Positions 42,356 through 57,208 of a DNA stretch of 64,000 nt are shown in pieces. The notes under the pieces are model-generated. The model searched no databases, had not been told where the DNA came from, and saw only the letters and a program-made list of their open reading frames with translations. The position numbers and the translations under genes are program-made. Source of the DNA: Nymphaea colorata (Eukaryota). The stretch lies in NCBI RefSeq assembly GCF_008831285.2, contig NC_045138.2:3596001-3660000 (forward strand), in the 5' to 3' direction. Numbering within the stretch: position 1 is the first letter of the stretch; each line of letters begins with the position of its first letter.

Positions 42356-43728
42356 CACACACTAGAAGAATAAGATGAGATGAGAGAGATCCACGGACCG
42401 CAAGTGCCTTCTGTTTGGTTATTTTAACGAGATTATGGTGGAGGGAGAAATGTGAACACTTCCTCTACTAATTCTAAATGCAATTAGTCTGGACCAGCCT
42501 TACCAACCTATGCGCCCCCCCAGTTGCAGCAGCAGCCCGCAGGCTCGGTCGTAGATAGCTGGCATTTGGAGGTACTGTCGGTCGAAAACGCTAGTGATCA
42601 TTTTGCTACTGACAGTGATTCGCGCTCGTATAAAGGGAAAGTGTAAATGAGCATTGCTCTCTAAACACTCAAGAACAGAGTGAAACCCTTTCCTTTTCTT
42701 TCTCCGCTCATGAGTTTTTCGCTTTTTCCCGGCCATAGGGCATGAATAGGTTGACCCCGTACCGTCTTGTTCGTCACATCCAACATCAGCGGCAGCGACT
42801 TTTGGAAGTTCCACATGCACAGCGGTTTTTTAAAGCAGAAATTTCTCAACCGACTCTAATCTGTCCTGTAGCCAAAATCATTTTGTTCAGACACAAGTCT
42901 CGCATTTTCAAGTGTAGTGCAAGAATGAAGCCGCGCAACTTATTCAACTTTACATCGTCGGCACAGTTGTGTCAACTGAATAAAACTTAAGCTGGACAAA
43001 AAATATATTAAAAAGAACATAAACAGTTCAAAATTTCCAGTTGCTGCAATGTGATCATGCCCAGCAAAAACCCAAGAAAGAAACATGTTCATTGGGCGCC
43101 CGTATTTTCGTAGCTAGACCAGGACTGGTATTTGCCCATGGGCACAAGAAGCGGATTAGAGTGCAGTGAGAGCAAACTCGGACAGGGGTACTGGTTTTTC
43201 CCCAACCAAGTTTGTTCTATAACCTGATTTACGAACCCAGTCTTCAAGGAATCCAAGTATTGCACGTCACCTAAGTACAGCCCTTTTGTTCAGAGAATGA
43301 ACAGTTCGAATCTGGTTTTGAACTATTTAGTTGTCAGGGCTTGACTGACTTTCATGCACATCCAAAAATGTCCATGTGTCTACCTGAATATCCGAACCCC
43401 TTGTATACGACTTGCAAAAATGAGGAGTTATGTCAAAACCATAAAGCTGTGATCGCCAAAGCACCATGACAAACACAAACCAAAGACAGTTCAAGGTTCA
43501 ATAAAATGCAACATTTTCTCTAACTAATGAAATTGAGTATTAATGAACCTCGTATCGGCATGTTGAACCACAAAAGAATGGAGAACTTGTGGCATTTTTT
43601 TGAGCCGATCTTAGATTAGCTTGCTACATCTTCCACCTTAACAAAAGGCTGCCTCACATATATAACTACATCAACACTGGCATGGAATTATTGCATTTGT
43701 ACAATTGAAATTGCAATTTTTTACAATG

Positions 43729-46700
43729 TTACATGTTCATCACCCTACTGGAGATCTCCATTTCAACTTCACCATCATTATAAATTCCCCCGGAAGAAGA
43801 CAGCTGCAACATCAAGCTAGCATTTAGACAAAATAAAGGCAAACAAATAAGGGAAACTGGAAAAGCACAACCCTTTCACTTCTTTGTCAGGTGCTAGTGT
43901 TTGTAATGATTTCACGCCAAAGAAGAATAAAATAAGTTGGAAATTCTAAACAATATTCCAACTGCTAACATTCAGCAAAAAGAGAAAGAACAAGGAAAAA
44001 GCTTCTGAAATTCTAAACAATTTTCCTACTGCTAACATTCAGCAAAGCTTCACCATATTACATATCATAACCTGAATCTACGCTATCATCTTCTGTTATT
44101 TTACAGATCATGTAGTTAAGCCCATCTTGCTTTGAAACTTGCAGTCCCAAGCTTTAGCTCGCTAAATGTGCTTATCCATTCTTATTAAATAGTAACATAA
44201 ATGATAATACCACTTACCACAGAATCATTCTGTTTCTGTTCCTGTTCAGAAAGGTAGTTTTCTAATGCACCAACCCCATGCAAAATTTTGACACCACATC
44301 CTGGAGAGTCTACTGATCCAACAACCTCCTCATCAACAACCACAGCACTAATTTTCTCTTTTTCAGTTTTGACATCCGGAATCTGAAGCAATCAACAGTA
44401 ATTAGGTTGAAGCAGAGGGTGAAAACAAACAAGCCAAGAAAACAGCTTAAACAAATAACCAAGCATAGACATAGGGCCAGCAAGGACGTAACTGGCTAAC
44501 TCTCAAGAGCAGGACAAGAATGCTCATAATTCAAAAAGGGAGACCAGCGCATATAATGGCACACAATACTAAGTCCCTCTACAAACACAAGAAGCCTCAA
44601 ATTGGCTAGCATTGGCCAGAAGGACCAGGACAGTCAAAAACTAAAACCCGAAAAGAAGCATAAACATAAGAATGTAAATGTGTATATTTATATTATATAT
44701 GTAGTTATGTACTATATGTTGCACATAAAGTAGTTATGTACAGAATATACTCACGAATACCTATGCATAGATATGTACATAGACACAATTTAATAGACAG
44801 CTTAAAAGAAAAACGAAAAAAAGTTGTTCTGATATCTACAATATGGCAGGAAAATGAAGCACTTTCTGATGAACGTTGGACAAGAGAGGCATAAATACCT
44901 CATACATAGCTTCCGTCAAAATGTTCTCCAAAATAGACCTCAGACCTCGAGCACCAGTATTCTTTGCTAATGCTTTCTTTGCGACAAGCCTTAATGCATT
45001 TTCGGTGAAATGCAACTTAACCTGAAAAATTGATGTGACATAAAACCATGCCTTATTTTGGAACTTGGAGCTGCACTTCTGAGGGTTGATCCCAACCAAA
45101 GAAGAATTTGAGTGCTTACATCATTCATGCTAAACATTTTCTTGTATTGCTTTCCAAGAGCATTCCTTGGCTCGGTAAGAACCTAAGAGAGAGAACAACA
45201 GAACTCATATACATTAATTTCAAAAGCCAGAGGGCCAACAAGAAACAGATAACATAAATGGCCAAAGAAGCATGTTCATAAAAATGTGCCCCCACATTTC
45301 TCATTATTATGTTTCCACTACTATGAGTACTTCCAATCCTGTATAATAAATGAAGCAATATATCATCATAGAATACACTATATCAAACAGCACAAAGCAA
45401 GGGAATTAACAAAAAGAATGTATACTATTTCTACAATTATAAAGAATGTACACTATTTCTACAACTATTTCCGGTGTTCAGCATGTTGCTTCTAACATGC
45501 ATCATCTAGATATACAAATCAAAATGGAATTAACTCGGAATAATTTACTATTGTAGTAGAAAACAATCAATACTAGAGGCTACCTGGACAAGTTGGTCTT
45601 CATTTAGAGATGACAAGCTAACAAGAATTGGAAAACGGCCAACAAACTCTGGTATAAGTCCATATGCAATAAGATCACCGCTTTCGACCTGCAATATAAC
45701 AGGTAAGCGCTTCAAGGTTGACTTCAAACTCTGGACTGCCGGACAATTGGTCACCCAAGAATGTAGGGATTTAACTTATAAGCTCCAGAGGAAAAACCAA
45801 ATCATACTGATTTCAGCAAGGATGATGTCACTGCTGCATCTGTGAGGCCACCAGTCCTCATGTTTGCACGCACTGGTGCTCCAAAGCCAATGGAAGAATC
45901 TTGCCGCCTGGGAGAAAACAAAGGGAGAAAAAATTATCAGAAGTTGCATTGGATTAAGATGTCATTTGGAGCACCTCACCTTTCTGAAATAGTTTTCTCC
46001 AGGTCAACAAAAGCACCTCCACAAATGAATAGTATGTCCTTTGTGTTTATCTGTCATTGAAAAGAAAATTGTTGAATAATATCATATCACATACATTTAA
46101 AGGAAAAAACAAAGTTTTCAGTAGCTGCAAATTTACTGAAGCTATCCTTTCATTTCGCTTGGTGCATTACTTAAAATATGACAGGCATTTAAATTTCCTG
46201 TTGGTAGGCTGAGTTTAGAGTTCTAAAAAGGTCTATGAAAGATTATCTGAACAAAGGCTTAAAACATCACAGATCAGCTGGCAGTGGTTGGGCAGAAAGT
46301 CTCAGTAAAGATCATCTATAACAAACAGTTTCTGGTCCAGTTCCTTAAATATGATGTTCTTTCTACTATTGACAATGTTTTCAAATTGTCCACTCAGAGG
46401 AACTCAGGCCTCAAAATTTACAGTGCCAAATGAATCTCAAGAAAATGAATTGGGGCTCCTCTTTTACTTTAAAAGAATCATACGAAATACTAATTAGAAG
46501 GATGACTAGAGAAAGAGGCCCTGCAGGTCAAGGAAAAAAATGTGAACCATGGAGACCATGGCCCTTTTGCACACCTACTATTCCTCCAACAAATATAAAT
46601 GCTTTAGATGGATTCAAAATCATACGAGTTCCCTACATGTCAATACCAGGTTATATAATCCAAAAGCCGGTTTAAGATGTCTAAAATCAAGGGGCTAGTT

Positions 46701-49700
46701 TAGGATAAAATAAAGGATAATCTTATACTCAAGGTCAAAATAGGATGCAATCACTGCCTGATAACTAGGAAAGAGACAAAATCCCTTGTTGCAGCTCTTT
46801 CATCTTTAACCTCGAAATGCAAAAAGTAGAAGCTTAATACATGGACATTGTTGTTCAAAACCATCATGCAGGTGGTGCTGGTAAATTATCTAGATTAATT
46901 TCTAGGCAGAGCAAGAGAACTTCTCTGCTTTAGCCTGGCGATCGGATATGATTGCTAGACCCAAAGGATGGATGGGAATGTCGCGGCCTCTTTCCAGCAG
47001 TGCATTCTGGGATTATCTAGTCCAATATGCAGTCGGTGCAGCAACCATTTCATCACAAGTTCGTTGGAAGGCGAACTGGACAAGACCCATCCGGACGTGA
47101 CCGGAGCTTCAAACAATCCTATTACTGCTCGTTCCTGCGGACCATCTTTCAGTTAAAAAAAAAAAATCTTATTACTGGCGATTGTACTACACTTGGTATA
47201 TATATTACTTTGAAGTGAGTAGAACAACTCCAAGACCACAACTTCCCCTATGCATTTGTGTTCTGAACATCAAAAAGGATTTGTGTCAAAACTTGCTGAC
47301 AAGTTCTCACATGATTTCGTGTATACAGAGGAGCAAGAAAGATCACTCTGGTTTGTTTCTCTGCGATGAATTGCAATGAAGTCTCAGTGTACCTGATTTA
47401 AGATGCCACAAAAGGATAGACCAGCACTTCAGAAGCCAGAGAACTGACAATCAAGGAGTAGAAGTGAAGTCTATTGGAACGGAAAGCCAAGTACATGACT
47501 CGTTTATTAGACAATTGACTGTAAGAAGTGCTGGTTTTTAAAAGAAAAGTTGGCCCCAACTTGAATAAGGCTATTGAGACGGTAGGCGGTAGCCTAGATT
47601 GAATCAAGTCAAGATCTAGCTCCAAACTCAGATGTTTAATTGATGTTGAAGGCATTTACTTGATGAAGGTGTTTATGTAAATTTCTTGTTTTATGTTTAT
47701 TCCTCTTCTTTGTGTCATGTTCCCCTAGTAACAGATGCCTTACCCCTCTGCTCTCACATGAATAGTTATATCAGATTCTGCTAACCCAAACTAGGTTCTA
47801 CCTAGAAAATTGACAAATTGAATATGCAAGATGCCACCAGTTCAAAACATCAAGCACTTTGTTCCACAAAAATGACAGTGGTGTCATCTAAGTCACAAAC
47901 ATGAGAAAAGCACATAGGTTCCAAGCATGATTAATATGAATTGCTGACTCCAAATTTACAATGTAGTAGAACAAGTTATGACAGGACTTTAGTGACGCAG
48001 TTGCCAAAAAATTACTAGAGTGCTAATTTCTTGCTACTGTAAACACATAAAAGTAGAGCATACCTGAATGCTATCACCACGAGGATGTTTCCTAGCCCCT
48101 TTTTCAGGAACATTCACAACCTGTTCAGATATAGAAGAAGACTTAACAAATAGTATTAATTACTTATTCTAGGTGGAATGCTTTTCAGATCATCACATTT
48201 TCATAAGTGTCCAAACACAGAAAGGTAAAGGTTAAAATGAAAAACAAATGCGAAAAGTGCAGAATTGACTAAAAGTGGAGAATCATCTTTCCTAGCTTCC
48301 CTTGCTAATATTCATATACTTGTGAACTACACATAAAACTCATCCAGTCCATCAAATGGCCAGCTGACTCTACACACAATGTGCAAAAGAATCTTCATTT
48401 AGTGAATGGAGAAGTTATTAGAATACAAAAGCTCCATTTCCTTTTGTTCTTACTATGCCAGCAAGAAACATACTTGGCAGTTGGCAGGTATTTGCAAATA
48501 ATTCTTCCCGAAGCTCCACAGGTGCATGTGAACCAGTGTCTAACCTGTGCTATTTAAGTATTGCATCAGAACAATGCACAGCTTTAACATTCTAAAAAAG
48601 AAGAAATAGTTTTCTCTCTTACATCACTAATATCAAAAGGAATCCAGATAAAATATGGAAGTACATTGAAGATAGGTGTAGCGTAACAAAATAAGTAACA
48701 TTAGCCTACCATTTAGGTCCAAGTAACCATGTCAGTGCATCAGGTACAGGACTCAGACATTTAGAAACAGGTGGGAATATTTCGTTTGGATCTCAGTAAG
48801 ACCCAAATCCAATCCAGTAACTTTAATGAAAAATCATTTCAAGAAAAAACAATCCTTTTGAATTTCAAAATTTGAATATGCAACTATACAAACATATAAA
48901 ACTTCATAATTTCGAAAATTATATGTTTAATTTTCATGACTATAGACACTCAGCTGAACAGTGAACACCCATACACCTGTCTTCTGAAAGTGCCATGTCA
49001 TACATCTATGTGACTTAGATACCAACAAAGTTGTACCCAACAGAATGGCACATCTGAAAATGTTAGAAGGTCCACATCCTTCAAGGTTCTCTAATTTGGG
49101 AAAGAAACATGGTTGAAGACCAGTCCAAGGCCATGAGCTGCCATGATTAAACTATAATACCAGGTCTAAGAGCAACTGCTGTATAATTTGTTGCTCAACC
49201 AGTTTCAGGAAATTGCAGCCACAATCAAGATCCACCATGTTATTAACCTATGCAGGACATTGGCATGAGCACATATGCTATGGCCCAATTACTATGGTCA
49301 TGTGCATCTTTGAAGAAGTGTGTGAAGTCAATCGAGCTAATACCGTCCTTTTGCATTCCCATATTGATGCTTACACAGATCTAGAAGCAGATAGAACAGG
49401 CCTTTTGGAACTTTAAGTGCTTTGTACATACGGAAAAATGGAGACTGGTAAAGTCTCAAGCTAGAAAGTTGTTTCCTGAAAAATAGGTATATGAAAGCCA
49501 CTTAAATTAGACAAGGATGGATGATCCACACTTAAGTCTATATAGAAGCAAATCTGATTAATTCACACATACCAAATCATGCCCATATGGCTTCCATTTA
49601 CACAACCTTCTCAGTCACAACAAGACCAAACAGAAAATAGATGTCCAACCTTGCCTTTGTCTCATAAGATCCTCTTTATGTTGATCACAATTAGTCGGAT

Positions 49701-52700
49701 CTGGGTAACCATCCCATTTAAATCAAGCAAACTGAAAGCCAAGTTGAAATACTAAAAGGGTTTTTGAAATATATCACTACCCTAAAACACATATAAAAGA
49801 CACAGATCTAGTTGAAACATTGGATTTCCAGGGAAAATTACACTTCCAAATCCACCAATATATCAAACTTAGTTTCAAGCTTCTCCAAATAGAATTTGAG
49901 TAAGTACATAGCTGAGTATTGGGGCTCTTGTTGAGCCAGGCCCAGCCCCCTAGGCCTAGACAGATTTCACATGCATGTAGCAAGCCTACATACTACAGGC
50001 ATATGGTAAAGCACAACATGAAATTGCAGCGGTTAAAAGCCAAATAATCCTGAATCTTCACAGATAAATCGTAAAACATATGATTTAATGGCAGTAACAA
50101 TCGACTGTATCAAAAAACTGTGCTGCATGAGAATGTCAATGACAGACTTCATTGACCAAAATTACCGTTCTTTATGTTAATCTGCTGCCCAACTGGTCCA
50201 TCAAGGAGAAGAACACAGGAGAAAAGATACTAAGTTGCCAATACTCACAGTTCCTTCTAACATTTTAAGCAATGCTTGTTGAACCCCTTCACCAGAAACA
50301 TCTCTGCTAATACTCAAGCTTTCAGCCTAAATACATGGATTGAGGTAAAAACAATCAAGAAAATGAATCGTTTTTAATTGACACATATTGTTGATTGAAT
50401 TTATCGAAACAATATACGTACCTTCTTAGTTATCTTATCAACCTCATCAATGTAGACAATGCCTTGTTGAGCTGCTGCAACATTGAAGTCAGCAACCTGT
50501 TGAACAAGAATACAGGAACAGAAACACTGCTATGGTTCAAATATGATAAAGACTATGACACAAACAACCTAAAGGAGTGGCCTGTTAACACTTCAGAACA
50601 TAGATGTGGCTTTAATGATGGTGTAGATATGGTCAAAACCATGCCAGGTGAAATCAGTGCAGAAATGTCTTAATTGTGCTATGTTTGATGCAGTCAACTT
50701 TGACTGAATTTTGTGTTCTTCCTCTTAATTCGATCAATCATGTTCTCCTTTTCACCTTTTTTAATTCTAAACATCATTGTTTATATGTTAATGGATGTAT
50801 TGAATATTTCTTTTTATTTTTATAACTATTTTTAGACTTTAATATATAGAACCATACACATGTCCTGAAGTATGTGAAATAGGTTTGAAAGAGCAACAAG
50901 AGGAGACAAAAAGCTTCAGCTTCAAACTGAAGATACAAAAGAGAGTGAAAAATGGCTCCCAGAAAAAGCAACGGGCTTGCAAATCAGACCAAAAGGAAGC
51001 AGAAAAAAAAGGCATTTAAAAAATGAAGAAACAATGACTAGAATACTAACATAAAACAAAAACATTGTTGAAAAAATGTCATAAATGTTGAAGAAGCATG
51101 CCAAAAATTCTGTCTCTACTTGTCTCAATTTCTTCCTTCCTTCCAGCATATGGAATGCTAGTAGGCATCAACATAACTTGGCATGATAACTATATTATCC
51201 CATCTAAAGGAGACACCAACTTGCCTTCTTACACGAAAAACAAAAAAGCATAAGCAGTCATAGATTTGCTTTAATTTTGGAGTTTGGATACAATCATACA
51301 AGTTGATCATCTTCTTTTCCTTATTTATATTTTACTATTGTCCTTTCTACTTTCCTGTAAATTAGGTAAATACATCTAATGGGGCTGTGGAATGCAAAAA
51401 AGATATGCAAATAACGATTGAGCTTTTCTAGAGAAACTAGATAATAGACCAAATCATGCAATTCACAGTAAAGTTAAATTAACTTAACTAGCACACACAA
51501 AGAAACATCGTACACATGTAAAAACATATCTGGATACACCCACCAATGCATGGTTACAAACACAACTCTTAGGCATGTGCAATATCCATTTTCCTATCCA
51601 TCAGTATGTAATATTTCGAAGAGAAGTGTAAACCAAGCAGACTCCAACCTATATGACTAATTTGCGTAGTCAAGGTCATAGACCATACCGTAAGTAATTT
51701 GTACAATATCGACTCTACATCCTCCCCAACATAGCCAGCCTGCAAACAGCAATATTGCATGCCAAGAAAGTAGGCCCCAAAGTAAGTAACTCACTAACAA
51801 ATGGAGATTAGCTTGCTATAGAATAGAAAATGGAGGCTCATTAACTCTCCAGAATAACAGGTCACTTTTCAGTTTTTTTTCCTGTTCATTTATTTTATTT
51901 TATTTTCTCTTCTTTTCTCTTCTCTTGATCAAAAGCAGGATTGCATATAATTGATTGAATATGGGTTTCAGGGTGCACAGCCAAATAAATATTGAAGCTT
52001 TGCCATGTGAAAAAATAATGAGTACATTGATTGCATGAATTAGGTGATCAGAAGTACTGTTACCACGCTTGGTCATTCAGCGGCAACATTACTGATGAAC
52101 CACAATGGGTGTCCTGGCCATTTTACTGAAAATAATGTTTTTCAGGACTCATTGGATCGGTTCAGTGCCAATGAATTGCTATATACAATCGTGATTTGCC
52201 AGCCATTGGAATGCAACATGAAAAGAGAGAGAGAGAGAGAGAGAGTTTGCATGTGTGTATTTGCATAAGAGCAGACACCAACTCACCACATACATTTTTC
52301 TAATAATTACAATTTAAAAATAAATTATTATTTTAAATGATATTGAAAACCCTATTAAAACAGTGACATTTAAATATAAATCTAAAATGAAATATACACA
52401 TATAAATTTAAATATTGGACATATTTCAGTAGTAAGTTTAATGAATTTGAGAACGGCTACATAAAAGGATTAAGTTAAAAACAAATAAGCTATATTATTT
52501 GCACCAAGATAAAAGTTATCATTTTTCAATTTTCATTGCAAATTGCTTCAAGTATCAGCCTTGTTAGTTTTTGTTGGTAAATATTCCACTACTAAATAGC
52601 TTTTATGTTTAAGTTTCAGACAATTTCACTATATTTTCCGGCATAATACAACCATTACTGATCAATCGCAATTTGTTATCTGACCAATTAATCACGATTT

Positions 52701-55700
52701 CATGGGGCCTACTTTACAGAGGCTACATTCTTTCCTTATTAAATACAATTCACAGATGATCAGAAGATCAAATAAATGCTGAGAAAAAGTTTGGCTACTA
52801 TGGTCAAAAGCATCAAAGGTGCATACTGCATCCATTTAATCTAAAGATCATATCGAGGAAGAAAATTATCATGTTGAAAAAGAAAAGGTAGCCACATTTG
52901 CAGCACAAATAATATGTTTCCAACAGAAAAAGCATAAGAAGGACTTTAGTGGATTTGCTTTTTTTTCCTTAAAAGTGAAAAATAGGGAAAATTTGTTCGT
53001 AAAAAGATAAGTATATGAAAAGAGTAAAACTGACGGCACTCCTCGTGCTTTAAAACCCCTCCTCAGAGCCTGACATACTCTACAAGCAGGGAAAAAATGT
53101 ACAAGATATTTGAATGGACCTCACTTCAGAGTATGACACTGTAGACAGAAATGTAAACAGAGAATTGATCTATGTCCAAAAATATCTCAAACATCCCTAA
53201 AAAGACATTTAATTAAACAACATAAGAACAACAAAGCCTTGCCTGTGTTAACGTTGTTGCATCTGCAACAACAAAGGGCACATTGACAAATCGAGCCAAT
53301 GTTTTTGCCAACAATGTCTTCCCTGTGCACAGAAGCATTACAACCACATTTAAGACACCCAGTGAACAACTATATCACAAATAACACCAAAAATATGAGT
53401 AAGATGGAAATAACGACACTTAAAGTCCATTAAGAACAATTTCCATCAACCAATACAACAGAATAAGAAATAACAAATAAAACTTTTATTTCCTGCCTAA
53501 AATAAGAATACATACTACCTGATCCAGTGGGTCCCATAAGAAGTAGATTACTTTTCTCAAGCTCCACCGAGTCTTCATCATCAGCTTCAGCAACAGGATT
53601 CACTGAATTTACTTCTCTACTAGGATTACAAATCAATGAATTCACATACATAAGTGGCTGGATGGGGTAATGACCAGAAAATGTGCCTCACGTGTCATGC
53701 ATGAATGAATTTGCAATCTGAAGTAGCGTTAATTCTTTGAAATGGAAATGAGACGGTTTCACTAACCCATTCTGCAACGAGGAATGATATATCCTCTTGT
53801 AATGATTATACACGGCCACTGACAGCACCTGAACACAAAGAAGAGAAACCTAAGTGGCATGCTTTCAGCAATTTTATGCTTTCAAGCTTCAACAAGCATT
53901 TAGGTCAGTCGCCTCACATATAGAAAATGTTCATATAGAAATTTAGTTCCGTAGAAAATTGAGGACATGTCCAAAGAGACAGCAGCAAGTAAAATACAAG
54001 TTCCACCACAAGATAATCCAACAATCTCATCCTCAAAATTTTCTCTACAAGACAGGTTAGAATGCTAAATTCAGTCTTGTTGATATCGACAAAAAGGAAA
54101 GAGGGAAGAGGTGCTTTGGTCCAGAATATTATATTTAATTGTTTTTTACGAAGCTATCCTTTGTAATTATTTAATGATTGTTAATTATCTATTCTAAGGG
54201 ATTGGACCTGTTAAACGGTTTTTATTTAGTTTTACGCTTTGTAAAATATCTCTTCATTTTTTTAAATTTTCCTACTTTCCCGTTTTTATACTTAAAAAAA
54301 AAGGAAACATTTATTCCCGTTTTGAATTAATTGTTTCAATGTTTTCAGACGAAGATTGTAACAACATTGGTTAAAATCTTTCCCGCTAGGCTCTTCTGGT
54401 AATTAAGAAATCAAACTCAAAAAGTTTTTGAGAAGGAAAATAAAATTAATGAATCTCAATAAGCTAAATTGGGGTTCAGTAATTTTTTCTTCTTACGTGT
54501 TACACGCAATCAAGATGCTGCCAAAAAACAGTTGAGTTCACCGAGTAACCATCGAGCAGATTTGGACGATTAAAACAAAAGTAAGAACAACTCAGCAAAA
54601 GAAATTCATTAGTTCTAGCAGATACTGTTAAATATTCATCATTTTTCCTGCCGACACAACTAATATTCGTATTCCATGTACTTCCCACACATTGTCTTAT
54701 ATCCGTTTACATTAAGCTCTTGCGGAGTTGTTTGACTGCTTTCTCCATTTAAAGAATGAACTTTTGGGGAAAATTAAGTGCTGGAATCATACATAACACT
54801 GAAGGCGATCGATTTAGTGTCTTTCGTGCAAAAAAAAAATCAGTTATTATATTGAAATGAGAGAAACCTTTTTGGCATGCTTCTGGCCGATCACAAATTT
54901 GTCAAGGCCCTCGCAGATCTCCTTCGGCGTCGGAAAATTCTTTCCCAAATTCGATCCACCCCATTCATCCTTTGATCCACAAGATGGCCCGTCTCCGCTG
55001 CCATTTCCGTGCGCCCGCACAACGTTTACACTCGCAGGGCAAGGTGGACCAACGGGCGGCGTCGGGACAGCCAGACCATTACCAGGGGGCTGCCAATTTT
55101 CCGGCGGATCTCCGCCGAAGGATCTAAACGACTCCCAGAAGGAGATCCTCAGCTTCTTCAAGTATTCGTCTTCCGTCTTATCGCCTCCATCTTCCTCCCT
55201 TGAGACGCCATTCGGCGGGGCCGCCGTGGTGGAGGCTGGGCCGAGGTCCCCCTTTCTGTCGAGGTTCCTAGCGCCTCTGGCCTTCTCGATCTCGACGAAG
55301 CTGCCTTGGAGAGGGGCCAATTTGAAGGGACGGAAGTAGTAGGCAGTCTTACAGTTAGAGCAGAGATTGACGGCCTGGTAACCCCGATCTTTATTGTGGA
55401 AGAGAATTTCCATCTGCTTGGAGCATCTCGGGCAGCTCGCCTCCGCCCTGATCCTGCCACCATCCCACTTGCTGCGCTCCTGCTGCCACAGCAAGCCCAC
55501 CCGCGTCTCCCTCCTCCTCCTCTTCTGGTGATAAAAGGACCCTGTGTCGAGGTAATTCAACCTGGTGGAGATGTGGAACCGCCTGCGCAAGTGACAGGAG
55601 AGGAGATAGGAAGGAGGGAATTCAGAGAATGACGACCAAGGTTGGTGGCTTCTGGGCTTCGTCGGGGAGGAGGCGGCAAAGAATTGGGTGGTCGACATCG

Positions 55701-55740
55701 TGGCATCCCTCAACCTTCTCCATCGGAGGAAACCAGACAT
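43729..55740 (-). CDS. CLPX: ATP-dependent Clp protease regulatory subunit ClpX, mitochondrial type; about 15 coding exons
   Basis: ATG 55740 [12 protein letters not shown]... (Arg/Ser-rich presequence), C4 Zn motif CPRC...[39 protein letters not shown], Walker [15 protein letters not shown], pore loop [11 protein letters not shown], Walker [27 protein letters not shown] loop, IGF loop, [19 protein letters not shown]-terminus [13 protein letters not shown] (TAA 43729-43731; last-exon acceptor inferred). Confidence 0.96.
43940..44046. repeat. Direct repeat of about 40 bp in the last ClpX intron
   Basis: GAAATTCTAAACAAT.TTCC.ACTGCTAACATTCAGCAAA twice. Confidence 0.75.
54072..54369. mobile_element. 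Degenerate hAT MITE (CAATGTT-type ends) in ClpX intron 1
   Basis: Left CAGTCTTGTT, right AACAACATTG; flanks GCTAAATT and GTTAAAAT (6/8). Confidence 0.45.
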
Positions 55741-56386
55741 GGTATGCTCTGCTGGTTCAAGATAGGGAGAGCGCGATTCCTCCAACTTTTTTTCTTCTTC
55801 TTCTTATACCACCTCTGCATCCAACGGGAAGGAGACAAAAAAAAAAATGAAAGGAGATGCAGGTAATTAGGCGTGAAGAGAAATGGGTTTAGGTTGCGGG
55901 GTGGGTCCGGAAGGGCGACCGTTTTTTCTTGGATAAAATGTCACAGTCGGTCGATCATAAGTAGGACCGATCGCAGGGGAAGCTGGACCTTGGCCTTACC
56001 CCTCCGCAGATCTCGCTTGGGAGAAGAGGAGGTGTGGACCTATATCCCTTCTCTTCTCCGTTCTCTCAACGCTGGCCCCATCCTCTCCACCCGCTCCCAG
56101 CCAACAGATGGCCGATTGTCCCGACTCCGTTTGGCTCTCTCTCTCTCTCTAGCAATACAAGTTTCATTTGGGTGCAACAAACATTGCCTGAATATCCCAA
56201 TCACAAGCTTTTCTCCGAATAGCAGCCATAAGTCTTTTTTGAAGTCATCACGTAAATGAAAATCTCGAAAACTATAGTTTGGCATACACGCAACTTTTTT
56301 TCCCAATGTGTTGATGAGTCTTATAAATGGAAATAACTTAAGCAATTGATTTTAAAAGACCTACGCGTCAGATGTGCACATCAACA

Positions 56387-56457
56387 AAAGCACCACTTTT
56401 ACGCACACTTCATTTATTGCAAAGCACCACTTTTACGCACACTTCATTTATTGCAAA
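56387..56457. repeat. Perfect 34-bp tandem duplication
   Basis: AAAGCACCACTTTTACGCACACTTCATTTATTGC twice, head to tail. Confidence 0.9.
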
Positions 56458-57208
56458 TCGAGATTACATCCACGTAGCCACTGATACAAAAAGGGCGCCT
56501 AATTTAGAAATTATAATTTTGAGTTCCCACTCAAAGACGGTGGAGAATCCGTCTTCAAGATAGACAAAACTATATTAGTTGTCCAAAAGAAATAACTATA
56601 GTGCCAAACTAATAGATTGCGATTCAAATGGCACAACATAATCTTCAACTGTCACGAAATAGAGCTGTAAAACAAAATTTTCATGACACCAAATTTTAAA
56701 CCTCTGGCGTCCAACGTTAAATTTTGCCCAACAAAAGGTTATCCAAAACCAGGTCGTGCTCCTTCCAGTCCAACAGCAGCCTTCCTTCAGTATGAGGCCT
56801 ATTGGCTATGAAGCTTCAGCATTCAACTGCCCCACTAAAATTATATTTCGACAGTGTTCTGGTGTTTGGGCGAATTTTCAATTTCTGATTAACAGCCTCT
56901 ACCCCACCTAACAGTCCAGTCACAAAATTGCGTCCAACACATTTGGCCTTCATGGCATGTTAACGCCTAACAACAGGAGCCAAAACGATTCCAAGTTCTT
57001 GGGTAGCAGCAACTGTTATGATCGTCTCTTTTCCTTGCATGTAGACCAAGCACGTGCATCATGATAATAGAGCTTAAAAATTCAAAGGCTAGTGGGTACA
57101 GCACCAACCAAAATTGTCCGTGTCGTTACATAACATACAAGAGAACCGTACGAAAGCTACCCATATTAAACATATATACCTTCTTGTGACAGCACATATG
57201 TACAAGAA

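Noticed and set aside
55741..55785. N-terminal extension of ClpX in the ORF track
   Set aside because: Starts at TTG; the first in-frame ATG (55740) gives a plausible mitochondrial presequence.
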